The notes under the pieces: generated by a model
Seen by the model: only the letters and a program-made list of their open reading frames with translations
What the model was told of the DNA's origin: nothing
The model's database searches: none
NCBI GenBank assembly: GCA_032718475.1
Contig: JAUCBJ010008720.1
Span: 1 to 64,000, forward strand
Length of the DNA: 64,000 nt
DNA from: Nemertoderma westbladi
Lineage: Eukaryota > Animalia > Xenacoelomorpha
Direction: 5' to 3'
Position numbers and translations under genes: made by a program
Shown: piece by piece, positions 50,709 through 63,161 of the stretch
Layout of the letters: the number at the start of each line of letters is the position of its first letter
Numbering within the stretch: the stretch's first letter is position 1

Positions 50709-52224
50709 ATTTATATTTATTTATTTATTTATTTATTTATTCCATACAATATATATATATATATCAATATAATTATTAATTACATACACGTCATCCATAT
50801 TCTACACTAGGGCCTAAAATATTAATTACTAAAAGGAATGCACAAAAATGGTATTATTAACAAATTATCAGTATAACATTGAGGAATCTAACATCGATCT
50901 CATTCTTGAACAGTGCTGTGTTCCCACGGCAACTGTTGATACTAGATTATTAGTGGTAGCATCAATCCTATTAAATAAATTGACTATGGATTTATGACGC
51001 AAATGGATGAAACACGGCAAGCTGTGCACACCAAAAAACAGCGACATACTACCGCGTACTGGTAATGAAAATAGCAATCGAGCAGCACTGTTGTAAGCAA
51101 CTTTGATACGATTATGAACAGAGTGCAAGTAATTATTGCGCGACCACAAGGCGTTGCAATATACCGGAGTTATAAACGACCTAAATAATTGTACCTTAAC
51201 AGACGTTGAGCAGGATTTAAATTTACGCATCAACATGTTACCTCGAGCATAGATGCCACGTGTGGCCTTCCTAATATCGAAGTCATCGTCTCTGGTGTCA
51301 TGTATCACGTGACCTAAATAAGTAAATTTAACTGCACGTTCAATCTGTATGCCATATAAGTACATGGGAGGAAACATACAAAATGAGTCCTTAGCTATAA
51401 AGTACATAACCTTTGTTTTCTTCATATTGAAAATAATATTATGTAATTGTGAATATTTAAAACAATTATCAATCAGCCGTTGTAAGCCAATAGCAGAGTT
51501 CGATATTAGGCAAATATCATCTGCGTACATTGTGATTGAGTCTAGTCCCATCTAACATACAGCCAACACTTGTATCAACTAAACTGAAACTAAGGTCATC
51601 CATATACACATTGAAAAGATATGGTGATAATATTCCACCTTGTTTTACGCCATTTATCACAGTAAAAGATATTGATTTCGTCACGCCCCATTTAACACAA
51701 AGCGTTTGGTTGCGGTACCAAAAAACAATTACTCTTATAATAAACAGGGGTATCTTTCTGTCAATCAATTTGCGCAATAAAATATCATGGTCTATCCGAT
51801 CAAAAGCCTTGCTCGAATCTAGAAAACAGACATATACACTAGAAGAGTTGTGCAAATAAAAATCAATAATTTCCTTTAGTGTATATACACATAAATCAGT
51901 ACCACTGCGGCGTTTAAATGAGAATTGATAGTCACTAGTAATTAAATAGGATTCAATACGAGAAAATATCACATACTCAAAATACCTTACTTAGTAAAGT
52001 CGCAATCGCAACTGGTCTATAATTGGATTTATCACATAGAGGACCATGTTTATCTTTAATAATGGGAATTATAACGCTATGTATTATACTTTCAGGTATG
52101 TACCCATGAACGTTCATAGAACTTAACAGTATCGATAAAAAAGTATTGAGCCGAATGCTATTGCTGTACACAAAATGCTCAGCAGCAATACCATCTGGTC
52201 CAACCGCATTTCCTAATTTTAAAT

Positions 52225-53976
52225 GGCAGTGATTTTTTATGTCCTTTTATTTGACTTTTTTTGTCATTTTTTTTACGAATTATGCATAATGACTTTTGTT
52301 GTCCTTTTAATTACTTTCATTGTCCTTTTAATGACTTTTTATGTATGTATTTCTTCAAACTGTCAGACTGCTGATTTCTGGACTGTCAGACAGTTGATTT
52401 CACTATGCCTGTGCCAAAACATTCCATGATTCCATGATTTATAGACTATGAGATAGATTTCCATATGCGCCTGTGGTAAAAAGACTCTATATTTAATAGT
52501 TTGTGGTTGTTGTCGATAATCGATTACCACATGACGTAGCAAAACACTCATTTTATAGCCAAAAACAATTACCAATTGATGGAAAGGAGCAGGTTAAGGC
52601 CGAGTTTTCTAACCAAAACAATAAACAGTCACTTTACCAAATCAGGGAAAGGAGCAGGTTACAGAGACGGGATTTTCTAACCAAAACAATAAACGATCAC
52701 TTAACTAATTGAGGGAAAGGAGCAGGTTACAGAGGCGGGATTTTCTAACCAAAATAATAAACGATCAATTAACTTATTAAGGGAAAGGAGCAGGTTACAG
52801 AGGCGGGATTTTCTAACCAAAACAATAAACGATCATTTAACTAATTGAGGGAAAGGGACAGGTTACAGAGGCGGAATTTTCTAACCAAAACAATAAACGA
52901 TCACTTAACTAATTGAGGGAAAGGAGCAGGTTACAGAGGCGGGATTTTCTAACCAAAACAATAAACGATCATTTAACTAATTGAGGGAAAGGGGTAGGTT
53001 ACAGAGGTGGGCCTTTCTAACCAAAACAATAAACGGTCACTTTACCAATTCAGGGAAAGGAGCAGGTTACAGAGGCGGGATTTTCTAACCAAAACAATAA
53101 ACGATCATTTAACTAATTGAGGGAAAGGGGCAGGTTACAGAGGCGGGATTTTCTAACCAAAACAATAAACGATCATTTAACTAATTGAGGGAAAGGAGCA
53201 GGTTACAGAGACGGGATTTTCTAACCAAAACAATAAACGATAACATTACCAATTGAGAGAAAGGAGCAGGTTACAGAGGCGGGATTTTCTAACCAAAACA
53301 ATAAACAATAACATTACCAATTGAGGGAAAGGAGCAGGTTACAAAGGCGGGATTTTCTAACCAAAACAATAAACGATCACTTAACTAATTGAGGGAAAGG
53401 AGCAGGTTAAGGCCGGATTTTCTAACCAAAACAATCAAGCAATCAAAACCAAAACAGTCACTTTACCAAATCAGGGAAAGGAGCAGGTTATCCGTAACAC
53501 TACTCAGACAGTAGTCATGATCCATTATTGATTATAAAACTAATACAGTAATAGGCCTAAATTATGTGAAAGGTATATCCACATTTTCCACAATCCTGCA
53601 ATCCAGTTTAGCCTATCAATTATTTAAAATTTATTAGCACAACCGGTAGGCCTACCATTACCGTATTTAAATGGTAGGCTACACAGTAGGCCTACCATTA
53701 CCGTATTTAAATGGTAGGCTACAGTACACAGTAGGCCTATAGCAGTACCGGTGCCGGTACCGGTACTAAAATACAGAAATACCTGCTTTATACCTACATC
53801 TGTACATACAATACAGCAAAATAGTGCTATATATACTAATACCGGTACTGATAGCCTGAGAGAACAGCAGTAGAGAAACCGGTAGCATGGAACCTAACAT
53901 TAGACTTTTGGAGGACATAAAAAATAAAAAAAAAAGGACAAAAAAAGGATTTAAACGGACAATAAAAATTATTGCG
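52225..53976. mobile_element. Non-autonomous MULE-type DNA transposon, copy 2
   Basis: 9-bp TSD ATTTTAAAT (52216-52224, 53977-53985). Same termini as 7520-9140. Confidence 0.9.
52570..53490 (+). repeat. 60-bp tandem array (~15 units)
   Basis: Same monomer as 7870-8596. Confidence 0.95.
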
Positions 53977-55538
53977 ATTTTAAATTTGAGATTGCACAGC
54001 TAATCTCAGATGGGCTGATAATCATATCACTACAATATAATAAATCTTCTAATGAGTTATCTACAAACGACCTGTTGGATTTACTTTCGTCTGAATTAGC
54101 ATCACAACAATTTAAAAGATTACAATATTCCTGCTTAAACATATTACCAATCAACTTCTCACCAACTGCACCACTAACTACATTTGGTAACGGCACCGCA
54201 CTACTATTTTCTTTTTTAACCGAATTCCAAAAAGTGGAATAATCTTTCTTAATTTCGGCCTCTGCAATTTTATTGCACCGAATTACTTTTTCATTTCTTT
54301 TACATTGACGCAAACAGCGTTTAAAATCGGCCTTTGAAACTAAATAGCGCCTGTGCAGCTCCCCCTGTCGGGCTGATCCTGCACCACGCCACATTTTAAA
54401 AATACTTCGACATAAATCATATTTTTCTTTTACAATATCGTTCCATCCTGGAACATTGTGCTTATTAAAACTGTCGCCAGTGAGTTTAACCGGAATAGTT
54501 TTAGCGGCACAATCCAACACAACTTCGGAAATTGAGTCCCAAAAGTTAGACATATCTTGATGGTGGTCCTTACAGTTAGCATTTGTACATTTAACACCAC
54601 TAGGAATAACAATATTACGTAATGAGGCCTCTACACGATTACTGTAGTTCACCAGATTATCTGGGGTAGCTGACCCCCATTGAGGAGAACGCACAGTACT
54701 TCGTGACTTGGGTGCCTCCTCACAATGAATATAATCCGCTACAATTACGTCTAATGAAAATGTAAATGGCATATGATCATCAATACTGAGATCATAGAGT
54801 AGATCAATGTCCTGCACCGATAGTTCTATGCTACTTGAACAAATAACATGGTCCAGCCATGAGGTTGAACCATGAGCTGGACTAACGAATGTGAAACTAT
54901 TTGGTGGTAGTCTCATAACATCCGCTATAGAGAGATTTAATTCTTGACACCATTCAGATAAATCCGTATAAAAGGACTTTCCTGGCGATGCGTTAAAATC
55001 CCCACAGATGCAGTCTTGCTAGTTGGTGCTGTATCTATTATCGACTGTATTTTACCAAGATATTCACTATATAAATCACGATTATCTATATGTTGATACG
55101 GAAAATAAACATTCAGCATCAAAACTTTGGAGCCATCATTTAGATTAATGTAAAAACAGATCAATCTATTGTCCTCACGTGGTAAAAATTCAATGCTATT
55201 AAGAAATTGTTGTCTCACAAGAACAGATAGTCCCCCAAATGGGCGACCTCGGAGGATCCCATCACATTGAGTCGATCCCATCACATTGAAGGACACCTGT
55301 GAAGGATACCGTAGGTTAATGAACTCATTAATAGGGGGGTTCGATTATTACTCCAAATAACGTTTGTAGGCATTAATTTTTGTCACCAGTTGGCTTAATG
55401 AGTTCATTTGAAGTAATAAGGCCACCAGTTGTCTAATTGTGATATTCGACTACTATATCAAACAAGTAATTTGCAAAATAGATCTCTTACTCAATAGTTT
55501 AAAATAGAAAATTAAGGAAAAAATATATTAAAATATAA

Positions 55539-57098
55539 TTAGTTAATAGTCGATTGAGGATGGTAAGGCAATATCAATAAGAATTTAGTTTTATTTACTG
55601 TTTTAATATAATAAAATAAATATATTTCAAGGGCTAAGGGCCCACATTGTCAATAATCAACTGAATGTAAACAGAATTAATGAATTATTACAGCTACCTA
55701 TTTATGAAATGTTTTTAACAGTACAAAGGTACCTAACTACCTAACTAATAAATTACTATACGCACAAAATTATTTAATTTTCAGGAACCCCCCGCTTTCC
55801 AACACTGCTATACTTAGATGATCTAAAGGCCATAAACCGAAATACCCACCCAGAGGTATAGTGTATCAGATACCGTGTTGCTGTGGCAACATATATGTAG
55901 GCCAAACCTTATACAGTCTTGATGTCCGTCTGACCCAGCATCAGGGCGATGTTAAACACCGTAGGCCCAAAGCATCCGAGTTGTCAGGCCATCATGTAGC
56001 TACTGGACACATTCCATTATGGGATAGGGCAACAGTGATAGGGAGAGTGTCAGACTTGCACGGTAGGCTAATATTAGAGAGTATGTATATTAAATCATAG
56101 GGACCCCGGGCAGTTAACAAGAGATTATCCACAGACGTAGATCATTTAAGGGGGGGGTACACCATTTTCGGACAACTCTTTGATTTATCACTCTCAGCGT
56201 TTCAAAATTGTTTGATTTTGGCTAAAATTTGGTATATAGGTGCCTAAGATGCTATTCTACATGACAAGTCAGAAAATTTTTTTTTTTCGCTATTTAATAT
56301 TAGTTAATACTAGTTAACAACAAAAAAAACTTGGTTGCGCTTAAAACCCTAAGGCTTTTACAGTTTTGAACCTAATCACATGAAAGTTTTTTTATATGAT
56401 AGATCAAAGATGGGGCAACATAACTATCAGGCGAAATTTTGTTAAAATAATTCTGCACCGCTAGGTGGCGCTGCAAATTTATGCAAATTTTTAGGTTTTT
56501 TATAAATAGTATTAAATTTTATTAACAAAAAATTTCGAAAAGTTGCCTGATACTTTTATGCAGGGTGGCTATCTAGACACCCACAGGAAGTTTCAGACTA
56601 ATTACTCAAAAATTGTAGAAGTAGTAGGGTTTTGAAGTTGACAATTTCATGAAAAAAATATTTGGAGATAATCGACCTTTCATTATACATAGTAATAGTA
56701 ATTTCAATAGGATTCCGTAAATGGAAATTTACATAACTTGAAAACTAAAAGAGCTATTAAATAGCGGTTTTCAGATTTGGAAATACCATTCAATGGTGCA
56801 TTACAATAGACCATAAAAAAAATTTCGACATATTTTGGACCAAAATGGTGTACCCCCCCCTTAAGTATAGCAGTGTTGTAAAGCGGGGGGTTCCTGAAAA
56901 TTAAATAATTTTGTGTGTATAGTAATTTAGTAGTTAGGCAGTTAGGTACCTTTGTACTGTTAAAAACATTTCATAAATAGGTAGCTGTAATAATTCATTA
57001 ATTCTGTTTACATTCAGTTGATTATTGACAATGTGGGCCCTTAGCCCTTGAAATATATTTATTTTATTATATTAAAACAGTAAATAAAACTAAATTCT
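55539..57098 (+). mobile_element. Penelope-like 3' fragment (GIY-YIG) with upstream inverted pLTR
   Basis: GIVYQIPCCCGNIYVGQT...RLTQH at 55855-56100. 55576-55825 is the reverse complement of 56138-57102 after removing the MITE. 13-bp direct repeat TATTAAAATATAA at 55526-55538 and 57099-57111. Confidence 0.85.
56150..56860. mobile_element. TTAA-flanked MITE with GG termini (Kolobok-type)
   Basis: TIRs GGGGGGGGTACACCATTTT / AAAATGGTGTACCCCCCCC. TTAA at 56146-56149 and 56861-56864. The empty site is preserved in the inverted pLTR copy. Confidence 0.88.
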
Positions 57099-58254
57099 TA
57101 TTAAAATATAAAATTAAAATGAAAGGGACGGCGATAACATGTCTGTATTGTTTGTAATAATTAATTGTTGAAATTAAGTAGGTAGAATGTGTATTATTTG
57201 TGCGAAATGCTATACAACTTTTGAGTGAATCCAATTCCCAAAACATAATTATCACTATGAGACATGTAACGTCGTATGTTTCGAGAATATAATTTATTTC
57301 GTAGAATTACTTGATTTTTAGAAACTCAGTGGTCAAGTAATTGAATTATAGGAAAAGTGACTCATTTATTAGTTTTTGTTTTATTTTTTATTGGGCCCTT
57401 GACACGTCTGATTTTTATTGGGCAAGTGACTGATTGTGCAAATAGCATATTGGATAAGTGACTGAATTCGGAAAAATAGCCTATTTGAGTACAATTTTAT
57501 TAGATATAAGAACTAAAATTTATTTTTTCTGTAATTTAGAATGAAGGCTTGAATTAGCATCAAATATCTCGTGATCTATTGTAATTATATCACGATTTTA
57601 CTCTAGAGTGGGGTCATTTTGATTGTGTATCCAGACACACAAGGGCGGATCCAGGGGGTGGGCCAAGGGGGCCATCCCCGAAAAACTGAAACAAAAAGCG
57701 AACATGAAATGTGGGTTTCACAAATTCAAGACCTGTATTTTTGTATAATAATGACATGCTAACCATATTTAGATAGTTAGTAACCTTATTATTTGGATAA
57801 GTTACCATTCCCAATAATTATTCCTTTCCCTACACGCTCATAAACAGCTTCTATGATATTAGTAAAGTTCCACTCTCTTTCAATATAAACAGTACAGTCC
57901 TCCTGTGAAATAGTCGCCCCTTTCGGGCAGATAGGAGGGGAAACTGGACACACACAGAAAAATTTCTCACCAGGGGAAACTGAACGCAAATCTCAGAAAT
58001 GGTGGATTTGGGAATAAGGTATTTGGGATTTGGGAATAAGGTATTTGGGATTTGGGAATAAGGTATTTGGGTTTGGGAATAAGGTATTTGGGATTTGGGA
58101 TTAAGGTATTTGGGAATATGGTATTTGGGAATAAGGTATTAAAGATTTGGGAATAAGGGATTTGGGAATAAGGAATTTGGGATCTGCCATTATTGGTTCA
58201 CTGAAGAAGATACGCAATGCGTCTCATTACGGCATTACAGGTACCACTAACTCA

Positions 58255-58500
58255 ATCGGTGTGTCTGTTGTTCTGTTGATCTGTTGTTCTGTTGATCTGT
58301 TGTTCTGTTGATCTGTTGTTCTGTTGTTTTGTCGTTCTGTTGTGTCCAATTTTAAACGTTAATAACTCAGCCAAATCTCGATAAAATATATCCAAACTTG
58401 TTACATATGTAGTCTGGCAAAAAATTAGAAATTTTCCAAGTTGAATTTGCGTGGGGTCTTCGTGCAGCATCTGTGTAACTGTCTTGCAGTTATAATAAAT
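58255..58500 (-). mobile_element. Possible HINE-like fragment with (CTGTTGTT/CTGTTGAT)n microsatellite
   Basis: An 8/16-bp microsatellite is followed by AATTTTAAACGTTAATAACTC...CCAAACTT-type sequence. Termini not resolved. Confidence 0.35.
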
Positions 58501-59712
58501 TGATTTACCCAAAAATTATTAGCCTTGGCATCACCTGGTTGCTAGGAGACTGCAGCATATATCAGGTGGGTTTGAAATTCAGTAATACCGGTACAATGCA
58601 GGAATGCAGCAATGTGGTAGGCCTATTTCAGTATTTCACTTTCCTCAGCCATTCCATCCAGCATTTCCAGATTGCAGAGTTAAGAGTACTCAGTTATTCG
58701 CGACTATTCAGCCCAAGGCCATCTAAACAACGGGCTATGACAAGGACCTTGCCTTCAAAATTATCGTAGGCTGACTGTACAGATTATGGCACGGGTGCCG
58801 TAATTCAGGGTGACTTGATACAGTTTTTCCTTTAACTGTGAATATCTTATGAAGATTTTATCCTACACAGATGGAATAAAAAGATTTATTTCAATAGAAT
58901 TTAAATTATTAATAATTATTTATTATTTATTATAATTATTATTATTAATATTTATATTATAAGATTTAAATAGAAAGAGTTATTTAGATGGCCTTGATTC
59001 AGTCATATCATGTACCGGTGCGGTACCTTAATCTTATTAAACATATGTTTTACAGTATGGTACCGGTTCTGTTACAGTGCTACAGAGTTACCGGTACCGT
59101 CTTCAGGTCGTTGGCGCCACCCACCAATCGGCTCGGCAAAGGCAACCATGCAGCAATGGAAGTTTTGAAATTATGCGGACTTAAGACAGACTGCATATTG
59201 TCAGGTTGTACAAGCTGACCTTTATTCCATGTCCCGGTATCCACTACTGCACTAGGCACCCCAACAGCCCAATACTGCAATACCCAGCAACGTTTTGGAT
59301 TTGTACCGGTACTCAAACAACTTGCCATCAAGGCCACCGCCTCTGCCTGTCGCAGTGTCGTTGGCGACCTCGACTTTCGGTATCTCTACTGCGCTAGTGA
59401 TACGGGCAAACTGGACTAACCGATGAGCGAGACCCAAAGACTGAAGAATGCATTGAATTTGTTGAGTAGTTTGACTGTGTGTGGACTTCTATTACATCGA
59501 TGCCAAGCTACCAATGCGAAAATTTCTTTTAAAATAAAAGTTTGGTTAAATTTTCTTAATTATTTATTTAAATTTCTTAAGTACCGATTTTGGGATAGAA
59601 TTGCTCAATTGTAATCTGTATCTAATAACTGACCCTCGTCCTGCGCGAAGGCCCCACGGACGTGTATCTTTACGTTTAAAGTTTTTCATACATATACAAC
59701 GTTTCTTCAGCC

Positions 59713-60200
59713 TCTCCCAAACACTCCACTGTACGAGAACACGCCCTAGACGAGGATCACACCTTCAATTACAATGACTTCTCAATAATAGGTAGAGCTG
59801 ATACTAATTACGACCTATTAATTAAAGAAAGCCTAGTTATCTCCCGCCACAGACCTACTCTAAATATTCAGGGAACCTCATTCCCTTTACTATTGTTCTA
59901 AAAACTACACACACTACATAGACCGTATCTACAGTACTATACAGTATGTATTAATTAATATTGGTGTTGTACTCATTATCAATTTAGTTGTCTGATTTCA
60001 TGATTTTACCGTGCACTATTTTACTTAATTCAGTATTACGTATGCAAGTAGTTAGGCTCCTATATCTTCTCGTATTGTAATGTTTTCACATATTTTGCAG
60101 TAATATTAATAATTTAGAATGTAATTTAAACTTTATGTATCTTACTGTAGTATTGGCTGATGATGGTTTAATGTAATAAATCGAAACGTTCCGCTTAATT
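59713..60200 (+). mobile_element. Penelope-like 3' fragment (GIY-YIG C-terminus + pLTR)
   Basis: 59713-59901 translates SPKHSTVREHALDEDHTFNYNDFSIIGRADTNYDLLIKESLVISRHRPTLNIQGTSFPLLLF*, a typical PLE C-terminus that is not in the ORF track. A hammerhead motif lies downstream. Confidence 0.85.
60155..60192 (+). ncRNA. Minimal hammerhead ribozyme motif
   Basis: GG-CTGATGA-T-GGTTTA-atgtaa-TAAATC-GAAA-CG-TT-CC. The core and stem II are intact and stem III is the palindromic AACGTT, but stem I is only 2 bp. Confidence 0.65.
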
Positions 60201-60379
60201 AATTATGGCATTCTTTTCATTCGCGCTAATTATTATAATTTTACTACGATTACGTTACCCCACTGGGACTTCAATAACCTACGTTTCTCTCTCTCCAGTT
60301 TTTTTTCATGTATATTTAACTCTAACAATAATATTTTAATATATATACGCTATATATGTCTGTGTATTTCGGTGCTTCA

Positions 60380-61760
60380 CTGTAACCTGCTCCTGTACTA
60401 ATCTGCATAATCTTGTAACACGTGTTAAATATCGTTTATTGTTTTGGTTCTATCTACACGCCTCGGTAATCTACCCCTTCACTAAACTGCATAATTTTCT
60501 AACACGAGTTAATCGTTTATTGTTTTGGTTCAATCTATCCGCCTCCGCAACCTGATTCTTTACTAACCTACATATTGTAACACGTGTTGACTATCGTTTA
60601 TTGTTTTGGTTCTATCTACCTGCCTCTGTAACCTGCTCCTTTACTAACCTGTATAATCTTGTAACATGTGTTAACTATCTTTTATTGTTTTGGTTCTATC
60701 TACCCGCCTCTATAACCTGCTCCTTTACTAATCTGCATAATCTTGTAACATGTGTTGACTATCGTTTATAGTTTTGGTTCTATCTACCCGCCTCTATAAC
60801 CTGCTCCTTTACTAACCTGCATAATCTTGTAACATGTGTTAACTATCGTTTATTGTTTTGGTTCTATATACCCGCCTCTATAGCCTGCTTCTTTACTAAC
60901 CTGCATAATCTTATAACATGTGTTAACTATCGTTTATTGCTTTGGTTCTATCTACCCGCCTCTATAGCCTGCTTCTTTACTAACCTGCATAATCTTATAA
61001 CATGTGTTAACTATCGTTTATTGCTTTGGTTCTATCTACCCGCCTCTATAACCTGCTCCTTTACTAACCTGCATAATCTTGTAACATGTGTTAACTATCG
61101 TTTATTGTTTTGGTTCTATCTACCCGCATCTATAACCTGCTCCTTTACTAACCTGCATAATCTTGTAACATGTGTTAACTATCGTTTATTGTTTTGGTTC
61201 TATCTACCCGCCTCTATAACCTGCTCCTTTACTAACCTGCATAATCTTGTAACATGTGTTAACTATCGTTTATTGTTTTGGTTCTATCTACCCGCCTCTA
61301 TAACTTGCTCCTTTACTAACCTGCATAATCTTGTAACATGTGTTAACTATCGTTTATTGTTTTGGTTCTATCTACCCGCCTCTATAACCTGCTCCTTTAC
61401 TAACCTGCATAATCTTGTAACATGTGTTAACTATCGTTTATTGTTTTGGTTCTATCTACCCGCCTCTATAACCTGCTCCTTTACTAACCTGCATAATCTT
61501 GTAACATGTGTTAACTATCGTTTATTGTTTTGGTTCTATCTACCCGCCTCTATAGCCTGCTCCTTTACTAACCTGCATAATCTTATAACATGTGTTAACT
61601 ATCGTTTATTGTTTTGGTTCTATCTACCCGCCTCTATAACCTGCTCCTTTACTAACCTGCATAATCTTGTAACATGTGTTAACTATCGTTTATTGTTTTG
61701 GTTCTATCTACCCGCCTCTATAGCCTGCTCCTTTACTATCCTGCATAAACCTGTAATACG
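60380..61760. repeat. 84-bp tandem array (~16 units)
   Basis: Unit TAACCTGCTCCTTTACTAACCTGCATAATCTTGTAACATGTGTTAACTATCGTTTATTGTTTTGGTTCTATCTACCCGCCTCTA. Homogeneous in the centre and degenerate at the edges. Confidence 0.97.
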
Positions 61761-63161
61761 TTTTATTTACAGATTAAAAATTCCAAATTCCCTGTTTCCA
61801 AAGCCCAAATGATTTTCCCAAATTTCTTTATTTCCAAATCCCAAATTGCTTATTCCCAGATCCCAAAGGGACGCGTTGTTCAACTGAGCCCCGTCAGCGG
61901 AAACAGCCAGTGCCGCTAGTCGGTGGGGTTGACTTGTTACGAGAGGCTATTATGAGGCTTAATGAGATACGCATTGCGTATCTTCTTCAGTCAACCAATA
62001 ATGGCCGATCAACAAATAAAAACCGATAATCACTAATATAATGGCAAATCCCAAATTCCAATTCCCAAATCCTTAATCCCAAATACCTTATTCCCAAATC
62101 CCAAATACCTTATTCCCAAATACCTTATACCCAAATACCTTATTCCCAAATATCTTATACCCAAATACCTTATTCCCAAATCCCAAATACCTTATTCCCA
62201 AATCCCAAATACCTTATTCCCAAATCCCTTATTCCCAAATTCCTTAATCCCACATGGTATTTGCGTCCAGTCCCCCCCCCCCCCCCCTCCTGTCTCCTTT
62301 CGGGATGGCCAGTAGATCACCAGGGACTTAGGATCGTAAATATCCATAGGGGCCTTCTATCCATATTATACTGTATATAATTATCCAGTTATCATCAGTT
62401 TCCTACCATCAATTATATTCTCGGTTTTCTCTTCTAATGAATTTTTAGCGAAATAACAACCCCCCCCCCCCCCCCCCCCCCCCTCACTTTGACTGGCCCC
62501 TCCTGCACAAAAATCCTGAATCCGCCACTGCAGAGACACCACTTCCCATCTGGGTAGGCACAGTATGTAGGCATACTACACTGCCCCAAACGAAAAACCT
62601 ACAAGGAATGCGTGTGCTAGGGGGTGGGTTTAAGTGAGATAATGTATGTATGAGTATGTATGAAGAGGAATTACTGTACAAACCCAAAGCTTATGTTTGC
62701 TTACTGTTTGGAGATAGTGAGTGAGTAACTGAAACTTGCCGGGTTTTATACTTTATTCGCCGCTGGGCCCTCCCTATTGAATAATAGCATTAATATGCCC
62801 TCTCTCTCCATTTATCATATGCTCCAGTTGGTGTTTTATCATTGCGCCTATGGCGTTATTTTTTCGTTTCTGTCTATATTTCGAGCCCACAGGCTATGGA
62901 CGGAGTGGCCGATCATGCCAGGGAACTTAGAATCCGGCCAGCCAGCCGCTGTGAAAATATTTCATCAAAATCGTTAAGAGTAATTTTGGCTGGAGATCAG
63001 TTTAGTTAGTTAGGCAGTCAGCCAGTTTCGAGCAATTCTTACAGTACAGTAAGTATCCTATCGGTTCCTAATAACAAACCTGTAAATTAACCTAAGATAA
63101 CAGTAATAGAACTCCCACCTTCCCTCTATATAACGCCAGTGGAACGGTTCGATCTAATTAA

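Larger units (their letters stand above)
50709..55268 (-). mobile_element. CR1/L2-group LINE, 5'-truncated in the AP endonuclease, inserted in the 3' LTR of C
   Basis: Endonuclease GRPFGG, NVYFPY, SWLDHVI and DDHMPF. RT NYRPVA, FLDSSKAFD, GVKQGGILSP, YADD and FTYLG. (TAAA)n tail at 50709-50740. The frame ...ISNLK|LGNAVGPDGI is restored by removing 52225-53985. Confidence 0.93.
37902..55285 (+). mobile_element. Full-length BEL/Pao LTR retrotransposon C with extra 3' ORF
   Basis: TG...CA LTRs at 37902-38550 and 50066-50708 + 55269-55285. 5-bp TSD TTGAA (37897-37901, 55286-55290). PPT GGGGGGGAG at 50057-50065. BEL-type gag-pol. Confidence 0.93.
57928..62295. mobile_element. Foldback/MULE-type element with ~300-bp modular TIRs
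   Basis: 9-bp TSD CCTTTCGGG (57919-57927, 62296-62304). TIRs consist of AGAYAGGAGGGGG..ACTGGAC, GGGAATAAGGTATTT subrepeats and a unique block (58181-58229 vs 61960-62010). Confidence 0.85.
57640..62530. mobile_element. hAT-type MITE shell hosting nested insertions
   Basis: Termini CAAGGGCGGATCCAGG / CCTGAATCCGCCACTG. Flanks CAGACACA (57632-57639) and CAGAGACA (62531-62538) match at 7 of 8 positions as an 8-bp TSD. Confidence 0.65.

Noticed and set aside
58003-58182. Telomere-like TTTGGG repeats
   Set aside because: The units are 14-22-bp composites mirrored at 62045-62255 as the TIR of a foldback element, not a telomeric hexamer array.
60853-61812. 319-aa repetitive ORF (28-aa repeat)
   Set aside because: By-product of an 84-bp (multiple of 3) stop-free satellite. 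The homologous 60-bp array conserves DNA blocks, not the peptide.
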